This document shows, piece after piece, positions 50,501 through 63,430 of a stretch of 64,000 bases of DNA. The notes beneath the pieces were generated by a model, which did no database searches, was not told the origin of the DNA, and saw nothing but the letters and a program-made list of their open reading frames with translations. Source of the stretch: Azolla caroliniana (Eukaryota > Plantae > Polypodiophyta); the NCBI GenBank assembly GCA_043228905.1, contig JBHGNT010000002.1, forward strand, positions 26,722,001 to 26,786,000. Direction: 5' to 3'. Numbering within the stretch: the first letter of the stretch is position 1; each line of letters starts with the position of its first letter. Position numbers and translations under genes: made by a program.

Positions 50501-51068
50501 GCTTTTTTTAATTAGAAATCTTTTCTGGATATATAATCTAGAGGAGGAATTGAAGAAGAAGGAAGAAGCAGAAAAGAAAGCGAAGTTAGACGAGATAGCT
50601 GCCAAGCAGATGCAGAAAATTCTGGAGATTGAGGCAAGAGATAGAAGAGATGCCAAGCTATCAGTAACACCCGAAACCAAATTTGTTCCTTCAGCCTTGC
50701 GAAAGAAGACAGAGTTTCCTTCAAGTGAACAACCACCTGCGGAAAAGTGGACAAGTTCAAGAGGTGATGATAGGGCGGGTCTGCCAAGAGTGCATGGTAG
50801 AGATGATGAGCATTGGGGAAAAGGTGATCAGCGTATATCTTCTTCTGAAAGAGTTGTTGCTCCGAATAATGGCGTCGGTGGTGAGAAATATGTGCCTCCG
50901 ATCGCCAAAAATGTGCCTCCGAGTGCAAAAGATGTGCCTCAAAGCACAAAATATGTGCCTCCTAGAGGGAGAAGTGAGTTGCCACCTTCTGTAGGGTCAA
51001 CAAGTCGTTCTGATAGTGCTCCACGTTCTAGAGCTTTTGGTAGTGGTCAGCGTAGGGGTCCAGGGTAA
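44575..51068 (+). CDS. eIF3a: Eukaryotic translation initiation factor 3 subunit A, 13 coding exons
   Basis: [16 protein letters not shown]|[35 protein letters not shown] is the conserved eIF3a N-terminus. GT-AG exons: 44575-44623, 46485-46963, 47046-47261, 47401-47769, 47903-47932, 48036-48263, 48367-48528, 48607-48831, 48906-49112, 49200-49409, 49490-49570, 49652-49853, 50542-51068 (TAA). Confidence 0.97.
45843..46395. repeat. Tandem duplication (~305 bp and ~245 bp copies) in eIF3a intron 1
   Basis: ttttggaactgagttgc...gaaagatactggaa...attcttcccccattc occurs twice. The second copy lacks ~60 bp. Confidence 0.9.
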
Positions 51069-51413
51069 TAATATAATATTCTCTTATCATTAAGGGTCTG
51101 TTATTTCTATTATCTTAGTCTGAGGTTCGAGGAATGTGGAAGTTTTGTCTTTGTTTGTCGGATTAGTAAGTGTACTAGTTTGCAGCATAGGTTTTGAGGG
51201 GATTGAGGTTGGTTTTTCTACTAGTTTGCCAGTCCATATGCATGTGAGGGTGAGGTGGGGTTGATCATGAGGTTCACAAATATTTTGTTTTCTTTCTTTT
51301 CAGGCTTATGTCCTTGTAACAAATAGTTCAATTAACTTTTTAAGGCTCATGTTTATTGGTTCTTTTATTCTGAAAGAAGAAAACGTACTGTGCATCTCTG
51401 CTTGAAATATTAT

Positions 51414-51727
51414 TCCACAACACAGAAGTGAAAACGTGACAGTAACAAGATATGATTTGGTTGGAATGATTTTCTTGGAATTGAAGTTAAAAGTTCTTTC
51501 ATATCAGTGTATTATGCATAAATGTGAAGTTTACAAACGTTTCATGGATATACAGGTGCAAATGTGTGGTGCCACAACACAGAAGTGAAAACGTGACAGT
51601 AACAAGATGTGATTTAGTTGGAATGTTTTTCTTGGAATTGAAGTTAAAAGTTCTTTCAAATCTGTGTTTTATGCATAACTGTGAAGTTTACAAAAGTTTC
51701 TTGGATATACAGGTGCGAATGTGTGCC
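51414..51727. repeat. Tandem duplication, period ~157 bp, downstream of eIF3a
   Basis: ccacaacacagaagtgaaaacgtgacagtaacaagat...ggatatacaggtgc occurs twice. Confidence 0.9.
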
Positions 51728-54700
51728 ATAATAATTGGAATAATGTTACTCTGGAAAAAGTATCATCTTTTCTCATTCTGTGAATTGTTTGTGTATATGG
51801 AATGTCAAATATACTTTTGTTTTGCAGATGTGCATATTATCAAGGGGGTTTATCCTCCACTTATAAGCTGTAAAGCATATGTTATATACATTTAATAATG
51901 CTCGCTATAGTTGTGAAAGCCCACATTGAATGTTTGTAAGATTCAAAGCATTATTTGATAGTTATTGAAAAAGATAGTTAAGTATATTGTAACCTTCATT
52001 TAGTTGACAGATATACTCATTCAACTGATGCTGAATGGTATTGTTTGTGTTATTGGTCTATTTTTTAAATTTCTATTAGATAGTTTGAAAACGTTTGTTA
52101 GAAGTCTTCCATCTTCCTTTTCATTAGATAGTGAAATGAGAGATAGATTGCTTCGTGAATGGTCAATTGCATTTGTTTTAGGTTGTCCTTCCATATGATG
52201 TCACTTTTATTACTGATTTGCTTATACTCACTTGAAATGTTGTGAACATTGGGGAGCTGTTGGCAATGGAATAACTGTTTATTTTGATGTATGCTGATGA
52301 ATATGGTCTTTTAATGTGTCGACTGATGTGTTAATATACTTCTTTGGAGTTGTCGATTGAAGTAGGCTGAAAATCACTTATGAATGTGGAGTGTCTATTA
52401 AAATTAAAAATTTGTAGGCATGCAATTAAAAGATGTATGGTTTCTTTTACATTTAATGTTCACCATGAATGCTAACTAAAGCGAACAAATGGATTACATC
52501 ATGTTGTGAACTTGAGCTGTCCTTGGAATTCCCTAGATAAAATCCATAGTATTCGAGAAGCTGTGGGGTGAAGTTGTTAGCCTTCTTTTTTAGTGAACAA
52601 TCTTTGACGATATATAAATGGGTTGGTGATCTACTTATATTCAGCAAACATAACATAACATTATTTATCTCTTTAAACTTGTCATGGTGAGTCACAATGA
52701 CAAGTTTTAGTCCAAGGCACTTTGGAATATTATATGCAACAAGTCGAAATGAGTTCTATGAGTTTTGAAATCCGATTGAAACACGGATTAACTCCTCTCC
52801 CTTGTTGATGAACTGTCTAGGTTGTGATGGTCCATGGACCGTAACAACATTGTGCACTTCATTATCACTTGCACCTTATATCGGCAACAAGCTTCCTGGA
52901 CTATCATCTTAATAGACTACGACATGAATTTTGTTTCATGGGCTTTCAAGAAGGCAACACATTGCCTTTCTTGTCTCGTGGAGTTCATGACTCGACTAAG
53001 GCCAAAGACATATATTCCGCTAAAATCAGGCCAACTCAAAAGCTTTATAAGATATAACCTCTCTTCGAACAACTCCGAGGTAAAACATATCACTGTAGTG
53101 AGAATCTCGAATCCACTCCCCAAGGAAATCAAAGAAGGTTTGGGCCCTTGGGGGATCTAACAGTGTTCTCGAGACGACTGAGTTTTGAAACACTTGTACA
53201 ATGGGTGATAAAACATCATGGGTGTTTGGCACATTTTTTTTTCGTGAGAGCAACCTTGGAGAACATTTTCCATAACTGGCAAACCAAAACTCCACACAAT
53301 TTTATTAGCTGCCTTTCACATGAATCTACATTGCAGACAGAGTACTGCCAAATATTAAAATGCTGAGCCCATACTCTCCTGAAATTCCACTGTTTAAGCC
53401 GAAAACCTAAACTCACTAGAGTAAATTTCCAATGTTAATAATATTTTAACCCATAATCCTGAAGACCAAATCCTCAACGTTAATCTCTACAATTCATCAC
53501 CCTAAAACTCTTAACCCTAAGATTGAAACAAGTAAGCCAAAAACGTTGAAGCTCCTAAAACTCTGAACTGGATGTCATGAATTGTCAAGAAATTAAAATG
53601 GAAACATTTGTGAGCTTTGTGCCTCTTGGATGCTCCTCCCTAGTTTTTATGAAGCATGAGAAAATGTGAGTTGTAATTGGAGCAATTAGCTACTGATTGG
53701 ACCTAAAGGGGCAATCAACTATTGACTTGAGCCTAAAGGTCTAAGGGACTTGCTTTGAAAGTCATTCTTTAATCACCCTCACACTTGCCACCACCATTTG
53801 GTTGCTCCCAATACTGTGATTTCAATTGTTAAGTTGGGTTGTAACCATCTTCACCATTGCCAACACACTCATGTCAATGATCTAAATCATAGCATGCCAC
53901 TTCCCCTAACCAAATTCGCCATTTCCAACTTCAAGGGGTCAAACGGATCTTGAATGTTACAAATCTACAATGTCCCCTCCAACTTCTATGCCCCAAGCTG
54001 TTGGTCACCCACGCGATATAAGCCGATCACGTGCAGCATTTACACTTCAATGATTTGGAAGATGAACCATATCTCATGAACCCGGAATTGAATGACAAAC
54101 ACCGATTACGTATGGCACTGAAGTTTGAGGATTTGGGATTCAGGCAATTTAGTAGCTTTAAAAGAATGTTCGGGAAAAAGGTTATCCATTCATGATTAAC
54201 ATAGCAGTTGAACTTTTGAAGCCCGAGTCCCACTGGAGAGATGTACATGTAAGTTGGGTTAAATTCCTAGTGTCAATGTGCACATAAATTACACAACATT
54301 CACAAGGAGCACACTCAAGCTAGAATTCACAGTACGAAACCGGTCCTCGAGTTGCTTTCCTAAGAGAAATAAGCACACATGAATTTGATAAAACATGAAA
54401 GGTGATGCACGAGAAAAATGTTAAATTAAAGGAACACAATCAACTACTAGCATTAGTATTAAGAGAACACATCCGCGGTCACCTACTAGTGAGTGAGAAA
54501 TAAAAGTGCACGTATTGATCAAACAAGACGAAGGGTTTGCATGAGGAAAATTAAAATGCTTTTGACATCGATCCGAAATCTCGTAAAATAAAGATTTTGA
54601 AGGCGTTGAGCAAACATAAACGGAAGAGAATTCTATAAAGATAGTAAGTGTTTTTGTTCTTCTTTGGGTAACAAAAACTTTCTTCGATGATGACAAAGTT

Positions 54701-55006
54701 GAAGGTTTTCAATATGAAGTGATCTATTAAAATGTAATGGGAAAGTGGCCCCCCTCCCCCCTTTTTATTTGAACCAATGATCTTCTCGAGCATAGTTGTT
54801 GTTTAGTACAAGTAGGCAAGCAAATGTATATATAAACAAAGTTATTTTGGAGGAGGGAGGGAAGGGGGAGTATATATATATATATATGTATATATATGTA
54901 TATGGGGGTGTTACACATAGAGAAGAAGGAGGGATGCTTATTTGATTAATTGGTTAGAGAGTGTGGGTTTTTTTTTCCCCCTAGGGGGATGTGGTATCTC
55001 ATCCAT

Positions 55007-56683
55007 CTAGATGTAGGCACAATTGTCGGGACGTTGTACGGTGGGTACGAACGGGTTGTCGCAATCGGTATAGATCCCTAGCAAAGCGGCTGTGTTGAGG
55101 AGGCTAATGACAGTGGCGGGCGGGAGTGTGGGCGTGCGTGAGAGGAGTAAGAGGTCGGTGATCGGCCCCCGGTCCTGGTCCGCATTGTTCGCATCGCATG
55201 TATAGGCGAGCAACACGGAATACTCCCCTATGCTCGAAGGGACAACCCCCTCCAATGCTATGATCTGCAAAGACTCCGCCAATGCTGTGGTCGATACGGT
55301 TGTTGAGGCATCGGTGGACGCGGACACGGACTCGGACTCGTTGTCCATGCTCTCCATCATCATCGTCGCCATCATGGCCTCCTTGGAGAGCCTCTCGACC
55401 TTGGCATGCCCCCTCCTCACCACCCTAGAGCTAGTGGTCTTGTTGGTTGCCGCGTGTAGATTCGTCCCCGTGCTTGTTATCATCGGTCGGCTCATCCGAT
55501 AGTCGGCCGCCATCATCTCAACTAATGGTCCTTCGATTGTGATCAACTGGCTTTGCAATGTTGTCGCCTACGTTGGGGGGCATATTCCAATAAACATCAT
55601 GCTAAGGTCAAGGGGTTGTGTTAAACTATGAATGATTCTCCAACACTAGGAAAGGAAAGGAAGGCTTTTGATTGAGCCCATTTCCCAATGGGAGCATGTA
55701 TACATAAATAAAATAACCTTTCATGTGAACACACTCAAAAGTCATATTGAAATGATAGAATGAGAGCACAAATATTGTATTACCTGCCCAATCACATCAT
55801 CTATTTCTTGATTGATCAACGACAACGCATCCCCTAGATAGTCACGTGCGTTCGAATTCTCGGTCGCCGGGATATGAGAAATAACTTGGTTGAGGACGCT
55901 ACTTGAGAATGTGAGGTTGTACACGAGTAGGGAGGCAAGCTCGGTAACATCGTTGGTCGCCACGCCGACACTCGCCCGCACGGCACGTAGGACCGGGTCT
56001 AGGGCTGCGGAGGCACCTGCACCTTGGTTGAGACTTGAGGCGATGATTCCGGTGGCAATGTTGATGGAGCGCGAGAGGCGTTCGATGTGGGAATTGATGC
56101 CGCCGACTGAGGCATTGAGAGTCGACACGACTTGGTTGAGTGTGGACGCATCGATTGGGTTGGAGGACGAGAGTTGTTGGGCTACGTCCGAGATGCGGAG
56201 GTTCGCCTCGTAGATCTTGCTTTGAGGGGAGATCATGGAGCACATGCGAGCTGCACTTGAGCACACGCTCGCGGACAACGACGCAATACGCGTCAATGCG
56301 GACAACGTTTGTTGGCCTTGAACCACTGGAACTCCCGATGTGAGTACATTGACGGTCACAATGTTTTCGGACGAGGCAGAGGTATCGAGGGTAAAGTTTG
56401 TGTGGGTGCATGCCATGCCTAGCTCGTTACGAAGTTTGTAGTGGGCAGTGGAGCCGATCTCGTAGTAAGAGCCCAAGAGAGTGTTGAGATCAAGACTAGA
56501 GGGGGTGGGGGGCGTGGGACATGTCTTCTTTGGCTCTAACGCTCGATTGCAAAAGTCAGTATTAAAAATGGAAGGTGTATCGCCTTTGCTAATTGTAATG
56601 AATGTAGGTTGAGCTACTAGAATCACCATTGCAAGCACATTTAGTATTGAAGGGACATAAGTATTAGCCATCACCCCCTCCAT
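55007..56683 (-). CDS. Putative secreted lipocalin (ApoD/Blc-like) with a large internal helical insertion, 2 exons, ~486 aa
   Basis: Exon 1 56683-55784 (alternative ATG 56671), phase-0 GT-AG intron 55783-55568, exon 2 55567-55007. Hydrophobic N-terminus ILNVLAMVILVA. SCR1-like LDLNTLLGSYYEIG, then CTHTNFTL. SCR2-like YSVLLAYTC, SCR3 LLLSRTPTL and a C-terminal Cys. Confidence 0.8.
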
Positions 56684-56795
56684 GTGCTCTAAAAACAATA
56701 AACTCTCAAGTTCTACACAACTCTTTAAAAGACTAATGTGCTTGGCACAAGACACAATCTCACTTTTATCTTTTCATAGTTTCCCACCCCCACCC

Positions 56796-56802
56796 TTTTA
56801 TA
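56796..56802 (-). promoter_or_regulatory. Candidate TATA box (TATAAAA) for the lipocalin-like gene
   Basis: TATAAAA on the minus strand ~115 nt upstream of the ATG at 56683. Confidence 0.5.
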
Positions 56803-59800
56803 CATCTCATTTGCTTCAATGAACTCTAGTTCTCTCACATACTTTATTATTATCCTTCCCTTTCCAAGCGTCTCATTTCCTTTAATCATTCATTCCTTCT
56901 TTAAAAAATTGCTAATCACACATCTCTCTCTCTCTCTCTCTCATGGGGGGACATTATATAAGCTTATACTATGAGCTCTATCATATCATTGTCCCTTAAT
57001 TCTTTATAACAAAATTTACCAACCCCTCTCGTCGTATATTTTTTGTGATCTTTTTTTGATGCTATCATCATCATCATTATACGGTCACTATCACCATCCT
57101 AGCTTACATTATGCTTGAGCTTTACATGATTGTGTTGCTCTCAGAAAATAGCAACATGAAACACCTAAATTAGATCACATTATGTTTGAGCTTCATATAA
57201 TTGGCCACTCTTCATTATCATGAGAACTCAATTTTTTTTTTGGTTCAATACTTTACTTGGAAGTACCCTAGAATTAAAAAAACAAAACTTGTAGTATAAT
57301 ATTTTAAACAATGCACACTATTTGTTTTGATATTCTTTCTTTCTAAGTCACATCCCACATTTTAAGTAGTCGGAAAACAAAAATGATTTGGATTTTGGAT
57401 TTCTGCAAATTATGGGGCCCATTATTTAAAATGTCACACTTCTTTTATAACTAATGGAAGGAGTTTTTTTTGGAAAAAATAAAATAAAAATAAAATAATA
57501 AAATAAAATAAAATGTCACACTTCTTTGTTTTTCATGATAAAATAAGCATCATAATTTTAATCATCTTGAGATTCATACATTGAGCATTACAAACATTAC
57601 ACTCAATGGATTGTGGAGGGCAATGTGTGCTTAAAAAAGATCATGAAACTTATAAGAAAGTTGGTGGGTAAGTAGGTGGAAATTCATATGAAACTAATGT
57701 TCAAGAGTAATGATAAGCAAAATGCAACTTAAGATAGTTTTTTCATTACGAGAGAGTAATGTTTTTACAAACCAAAAAGCCATTTTCACACCTATATAAG
57801 TAAAAACTCAATATAGCACAACTTCAAAGTACCACGAGACACTTCATTTCTATATCTTTAATCGTGCAACTTCATAATATACTTGAAAAATCATCGACAC
57901 AATGTTTATAAGAACACACACATTTACTTTCATTTTATAGTAAGATAATCTTATAACAATGTGTGTGTGTGTGGATGTAAAGAGCACAACTGAAGTGTAA
58001 ATACATACTAAGAGCTACGATGTTTATGTGGTAGCATTAGTCATAATTGGGCACTCACCCAGTACTTGCACAATGCAATTGTACTTTCTCATGTTTCTTG
58101 TTGACAATTAAATGAAAATTACTTCCAATTTCTTTTTTGACAAACTCCATCACAAAATTAATGTCTTTATTATGAATGGTGCTTTTGGCATTGCCAAATC
58201 ACTAACAACACGTACATCACAAAATTGGCAACCATTGAGAATCACATAATGATTTTTTTGGCATTGCCATATGCCATGCTAGCAACCTCATGGACGTCGC
58301 ATAATTGGCAACCACATGGGTGCCACATAATTATATTGTAACCAATTTTAGGATAACATTTAAGTAAACTTGAAACACCACACACACAACTTCAAGAAAT
58401 AATATGATCTTGTTTGGCCCCCTAGATGCGTTTGATAAAGCAATGGAGCTTGCCAACCCTTGTTCAAACTTGCTTAATACCATTGTTATTCTCATACTCT
58501 TTCATTTGAATTCTTTTTAATCAATATTTTCCAAACTAGTTACATATTCTTGTGGTGTCGTCAAGGCTAAACTAATGAGTAAAACCTGTTTGAACCCCAT
58601 CCAAGTAGTCTGTAGTCTTCAATTCTACTATTTGAGCATGTAATCCGTTTGACATAAAAATGTTTGAAGTTGGCAATTTGTTTTTCTTCCTAAACACCAT
58701 TCTACTGCATTTCCTTCGATAAGATTCAAGGAACGTACATAAGTTCCTCCCATTGAATTGCCGAGTTGTTTATACAATTCTATCAATCACCTTTACTAGA
58801 CCAACCACATCTCTTATATAGCTAATTTGTCCCATAACCATCGTCATCTTGCAATTTCATCAGTATAATCACATGACGACTACATCACATGCTTGTGAAC
58901 AAGTGCCATGCCTTTATTTGCATGGAAAGGAGGGGTTAGAGAATACAATACGAAGGTAAGATGGTATAACACAATGGAAAGAACTAGGATCATGAAAAAA
59001 GAGTTTGAAGGTTTGAATCTTGGATAAATATAAAATTTATATTTGATTTATAAGTGGAGTATTTCAAAAATTTGCTCCTCATTTATTTGCAAGTGTTTAG
59101 GTCCTAGTGTTAACCCTAATTTGATATTTTCCATTCTCGGCTTTCGTCATTATCATAAATTGATGTGTAGCATTGCATACTCTCCTTCATGTGTAGACTT
59201 TTGGTTGGAGAATCCTTCAAAAGATTTAAAGGTTATTCTTAGTATATCTTGGCTTGTGTGATATGCCTATCTTCAATGTTTATAACAAGAGAAACTATGG
59301 TGAAGTAGTGGAAATGAAGAGGATCACGACTTGTGTTACCCGACCCCTATCTTTCTTCCACTTTAGCCAATGTTAAGGTTGATATTGACTTTTCACATCC
59401 AAGATGAGTTGTTGAATACTTACTTTACTTTTAGTGAGTAGGTATATAGAAATCAAGAAGAAACTAAAATTGGTTTTGATTATGATCCCTCAAAGTTGAA
59501 CAAACAATAAGCTATCAATGTGATTACCCCCGAAAGACAAATAATATGAAATGTTCCTAGAAAGGCAATTGCAAGAGTATGGCCAAAAGCCAGTCGAGGC
59601 CATAGCCAACTTGAACTTTAGTAAAGGAGTATGAAGAAGTTCATCACAAGTCTAATGGTGAAGATGTTCGATGTTGCACAAACATATAGTCAAGCTCCTA
59701 TTGTGAGGACACATGGAATGAAGAAACCCTTGCAAAAGCCGAATGATAAACTATCATGTTGAAACAAACCAAGAAAAGAATCTAGTTACCAATGCATAAC

Positions 59801-60088
59801 GTAAGTAGTTCTTTGGATAACATAAAGGGCAATACTCTACGAGCAAAGTCGCAATGATTGGAGGTGATTACCTGCATGTACGTATTTCATGTACAACCGT
59901 AGGGCGTTTTTTAATACTAATGTAATATTTTTGTCGAAAATGAAATAAAATCTAGTTATGTAGTTTGCGCACAATGTCTTCATGGTGCAATGATATGTGT
60001 ACATGACGAAGGTAGTTGAAGTCCCAAGCCTGAAAGCTTCGTAGAGTTGCACAAGATCATGATTAACAAGGAGATGTGGGTTCTATAT

Positions 60089-60240
60089 GAAAATGAAACA
60101 TTGGACCTAGTTTTCAATTTGCTACACAAGAAGGCCATCAAATGCAAATGGTTGTACAAGATAAATTAGAACTCTCATGACAGTATCATTAGGTACAATT
60201 ATTGCCTATTGGCGAAAGGATATGCCCAAACACATGACAT
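60089..60240 (+). mobile_element. Ty1/copia reverse transcriptase fragment, degraded
   Basis: Translates to ENETLDLV...KKAIKCKWLYKIN*NSHDSIIRYNYCLLAKGYAQTH, matching the RVT_2 N-terminus (NETWDLV..KAIGCKWVYK..RYKARLVAKGYAQ). Confidence 0.8.
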
Positions 60241-61159
60241 GGAAAACTTGCAAATACTCCCCACACAATCACGCTTGACGGCCAAATCTAACCAATGAGA
60301 CCAAAGTGAAACATTTCCACATATTATGTCTCCAATTGATTAATAATTCTTCATATTCAAGAATTTTATTAATAAATGTTGGGATTGAGAGTGCATATTT
60401 TAATTGCAAGAGAAAAGTGTAAAAGGATTGGCATGGGTTGAACATGTGAGGAATCAAACTCGAATATGGTCAAAGGTGAAGCTATATCGTAGATTTTGAT
60501 ACTTGGACACATAAACATTTTTAGGGAAAAATATGCATAGTCGATGACTCTTCTCCCTTGTTCTCGGATCCCCGTCTCACATAAAAGAGAATGATCATTA
60601 AGTGTTTTTTTCTAATTAACGAAGAAGGCGATTTTATATTTTGGTGCAACATATATAACATAATGTGTCAATGATGAGCCTTCATAAATCCTAATCCATG
60701 ATATATTGGCAATGCAAAAGAGCATTGTTCATGGATGAATCTATTGAGGCATCATGAGGCAAGTGTATTGCGTCCCCTCTTCCAAACAATTTCTTGATAT
60801 CTTACACCCATTTAGTATCATGCAATGAGTATCAAGTCATGTGAAACGTTGAAAAATCATGGGGTTCTAAACAAAGAGAAGTGGGAGGTGTGGAGACCAT
60901 TCATATGCATTTTCGTTTGTAGATCGTTGAGATGATTCACGAAGTAACACATTTGATCTGATTCCTCTCTCATATACCTAAGTGAGGAGTTTTTTCGAAA
61001 ATAAATTAAGCCTTTCTCCTTTTTAAGTAGTCATCAACATATACTTAGACAATCTTTGCCAATAGGTCAACTTATTGTGTTAGTTTGATTCTAGACATGC
61101 TAGGATCAACATCTACACACTTTACGACAATCTTGCAAATGAGCACTTTTGGCTCAATG

Positions 61160-61225
61160 ACATGTAGAATTTGAACTTATGAACCCCAGTCATTAAGAGG
61201 ACAATCTAACCAACTAAACTAGGAT
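61160..61225 (-). pseudogene. Degenerate tRNA-derived sequence (tRNA-Ile-like pseudogene or SINE head)
   Basis: Minus strand tagtttagttggttaga (A box) ... taat ... agttcaaattcta (B box). The stems are decayed. Confidence 0.45.
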
Positions 61226-63174
61226 ACTAGAAAACAGTTTTTGCAACAAGAAACACCCCACATGTCAAATGCAACATGACACTATGAAGTCAATTTTTTT
61301 CTTTTCTGTGCTAATTGAGTTATTTTAATTGCTTCTCATGCAATTCTAGGAAGTCGATATGTATATTCTTTAAACTTAAGCATGTACTCCACCATACCCA
61401 AATTCATATAATCACAACGGGAAGGGATTGATCTTAAGTAATCGGAACATGAACTTCATAAAAAAAAGGATTTTGGAAAATGTTGATGCTTATTCCAAGT
61501 GGACATAGAGATGCCAACGCCCCATGTGTTAACTCTCTAGAGGAGATTAGTGTTATTAAATTGCTGGTACAAGTATTTTTTGAGAATGAAACATTTTTGG
61601 ATTTGGTAACAAGGTGATGAGTTTAAATTCTCTTTGTCAACACTTTGGGTTCTATATCCGTTTTTTTCCAGATCCAAGACTTGGGGATATAGAGTTTATA
61701 AACTTGACAAAAAGAATGATTATTTCATTCATTTATTTTGTTTTTATGGTCACTATAAGTGTCTTGAGGCAGACGATAGTTCTTTCTCCATATCCTTTAT
61801 CATGACGGAGAAAGAAATTGTGTATAGAATTTGTTATATCCATCAAAATATCATGCGATTTTATTAGTCAAGCCGTTCAAGCTAATATTTGATGCAAATT
61901 ACGAGGATGCAAGAACATATTGTAAATAAATATAAATGCGTGTACTTATTCCTTCTTTACTATAGTCGATAAATCATTTACATAGTCTACCAAATGTTGG
62001 TATTGTTAAAAGTTCATTATTAGATTGAATAGGCACCTTTATCATTGACAATGTGCCATATAAAGGCACAATGTCTATTAGTTGTGCTAGTTATGGTTTC
62101 TACGATGTGGTAGCCACCTTATTGGAATAGAAAGGTAAATTGTAATGGGACAATGCACTTGTCACTTGACATTAGTTTTTCATGGTCCTCGCCTGTAGCA
62201 TATTTAAGTTGACATTGTCATGAAGATTGAGAGCTGTAATTACTTATGATGTGCTCATTAGAGAGTCGATCAACGATCAACAGGAACCCATATTTCAAAA
62301 CATAGGACATACAAAACATTTGTTGTCAACATTGAAAGATGTGTCTTAACATTAAATGCTTGTGTCACAATAAAGAACTTGTACTCGTGCAAAAAGGAGT
62401 TTGACTATCTACGATTATGAGTTGGGCTTTAATATAAGTTTCCAAAAAACAATCATATGAAAAGTTTGATAAGAGAAACTACTAAGCATATATTCAATAA
62501 AAGCTACTACGCAAATGTTTGTTGTATTTGTCATTTTGCAAACATTCGACTAGCTTTAAGAATGATAAATCATATAGTTAATTGCCATAATGGAACCAAT
62601 TAGATCTATAATATGATTTGCCAACCTAACCTAATACATAACTTGTTGTCTCATAGACCCATGGTCATGCATGTATTGGAAATGTGAATGCCTATTACAA
62701 ATTTCTACCTGGCACTAAGCTTGCTTGATGAGGCAAATTTCGTAAGATTTCTTGTTGTGTTTTATGGCTTGCATTTTTGCAACCGTTTTAAAGCTCGCCT
62801 TTCTTGGTTCCTCCATATTAAATACGTCTTCAAGTTTCACGAGCACTTTTTTGTTCTGCTTCAAGGAGGCAAAATCCTAAAACTTGACCTTGGGGTAACC
62901 GAATGAAAAAATAGCATAAGTCAACATGTGTTGTTAAAGGAATAACAAGCCCCTTAGGCCTAATTCAGTGAAGAAAATTTCTCCTTAAGAATAATGCAGA
63001 AGCGCATGAATGAATGTGTGTTTTTCGAAGTTTTTTTTTTTCCAAAAATGTTTTTCGAAGTTTTTGGAATTGGAAAACAAGAAAATGCGCACATTTTACA
63101 GCAATTGGAAAACAAGAAAACCAAATTCATTTGTACACAGAGAGTTTTGCACAATCCACTTGAAATATGTGGAA

Positions 63175-63430
63175 ACGAGAACTACGAAAGCAACTCCAAC
63201 AAGGTATGGAGTGGACCTACGACGCTACCTTGCCAAGGTGTAGAATGGATGTTCTTTTTTTGCTAGAAAATTACGAAAGCAACTCCACCAAGGTATGGAA
63301 TGGATCTACGAAGTGACCTTGCCAAGGTGCAGAATGGACGGGTTTTTTCTTTCCCTTTCGGAAAACTACAAAAGTATGCCATCGAGGTGTAGAATGTAAT
63401 AATGAGGGGTTTGGAAAGACTACGAAGCTA
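63175..63430. repeat. Degenerate tandem repeat, ~90-bp unit, ~3 copies
   Basis: gaaaactacgaaagcaactcca.caaggtatgga.tgga.ctacga....accttgccaaggtg.agaatgga is repeated. Confidence 0.8.

Noticed and set aside
56684-56755. Upstream extension of the lipocalin ORF
   Set aside because: Begins at a non-ATG codon close to the TATA box. ATG 56683 or 56671 places the signal peptide at the N-terminus.
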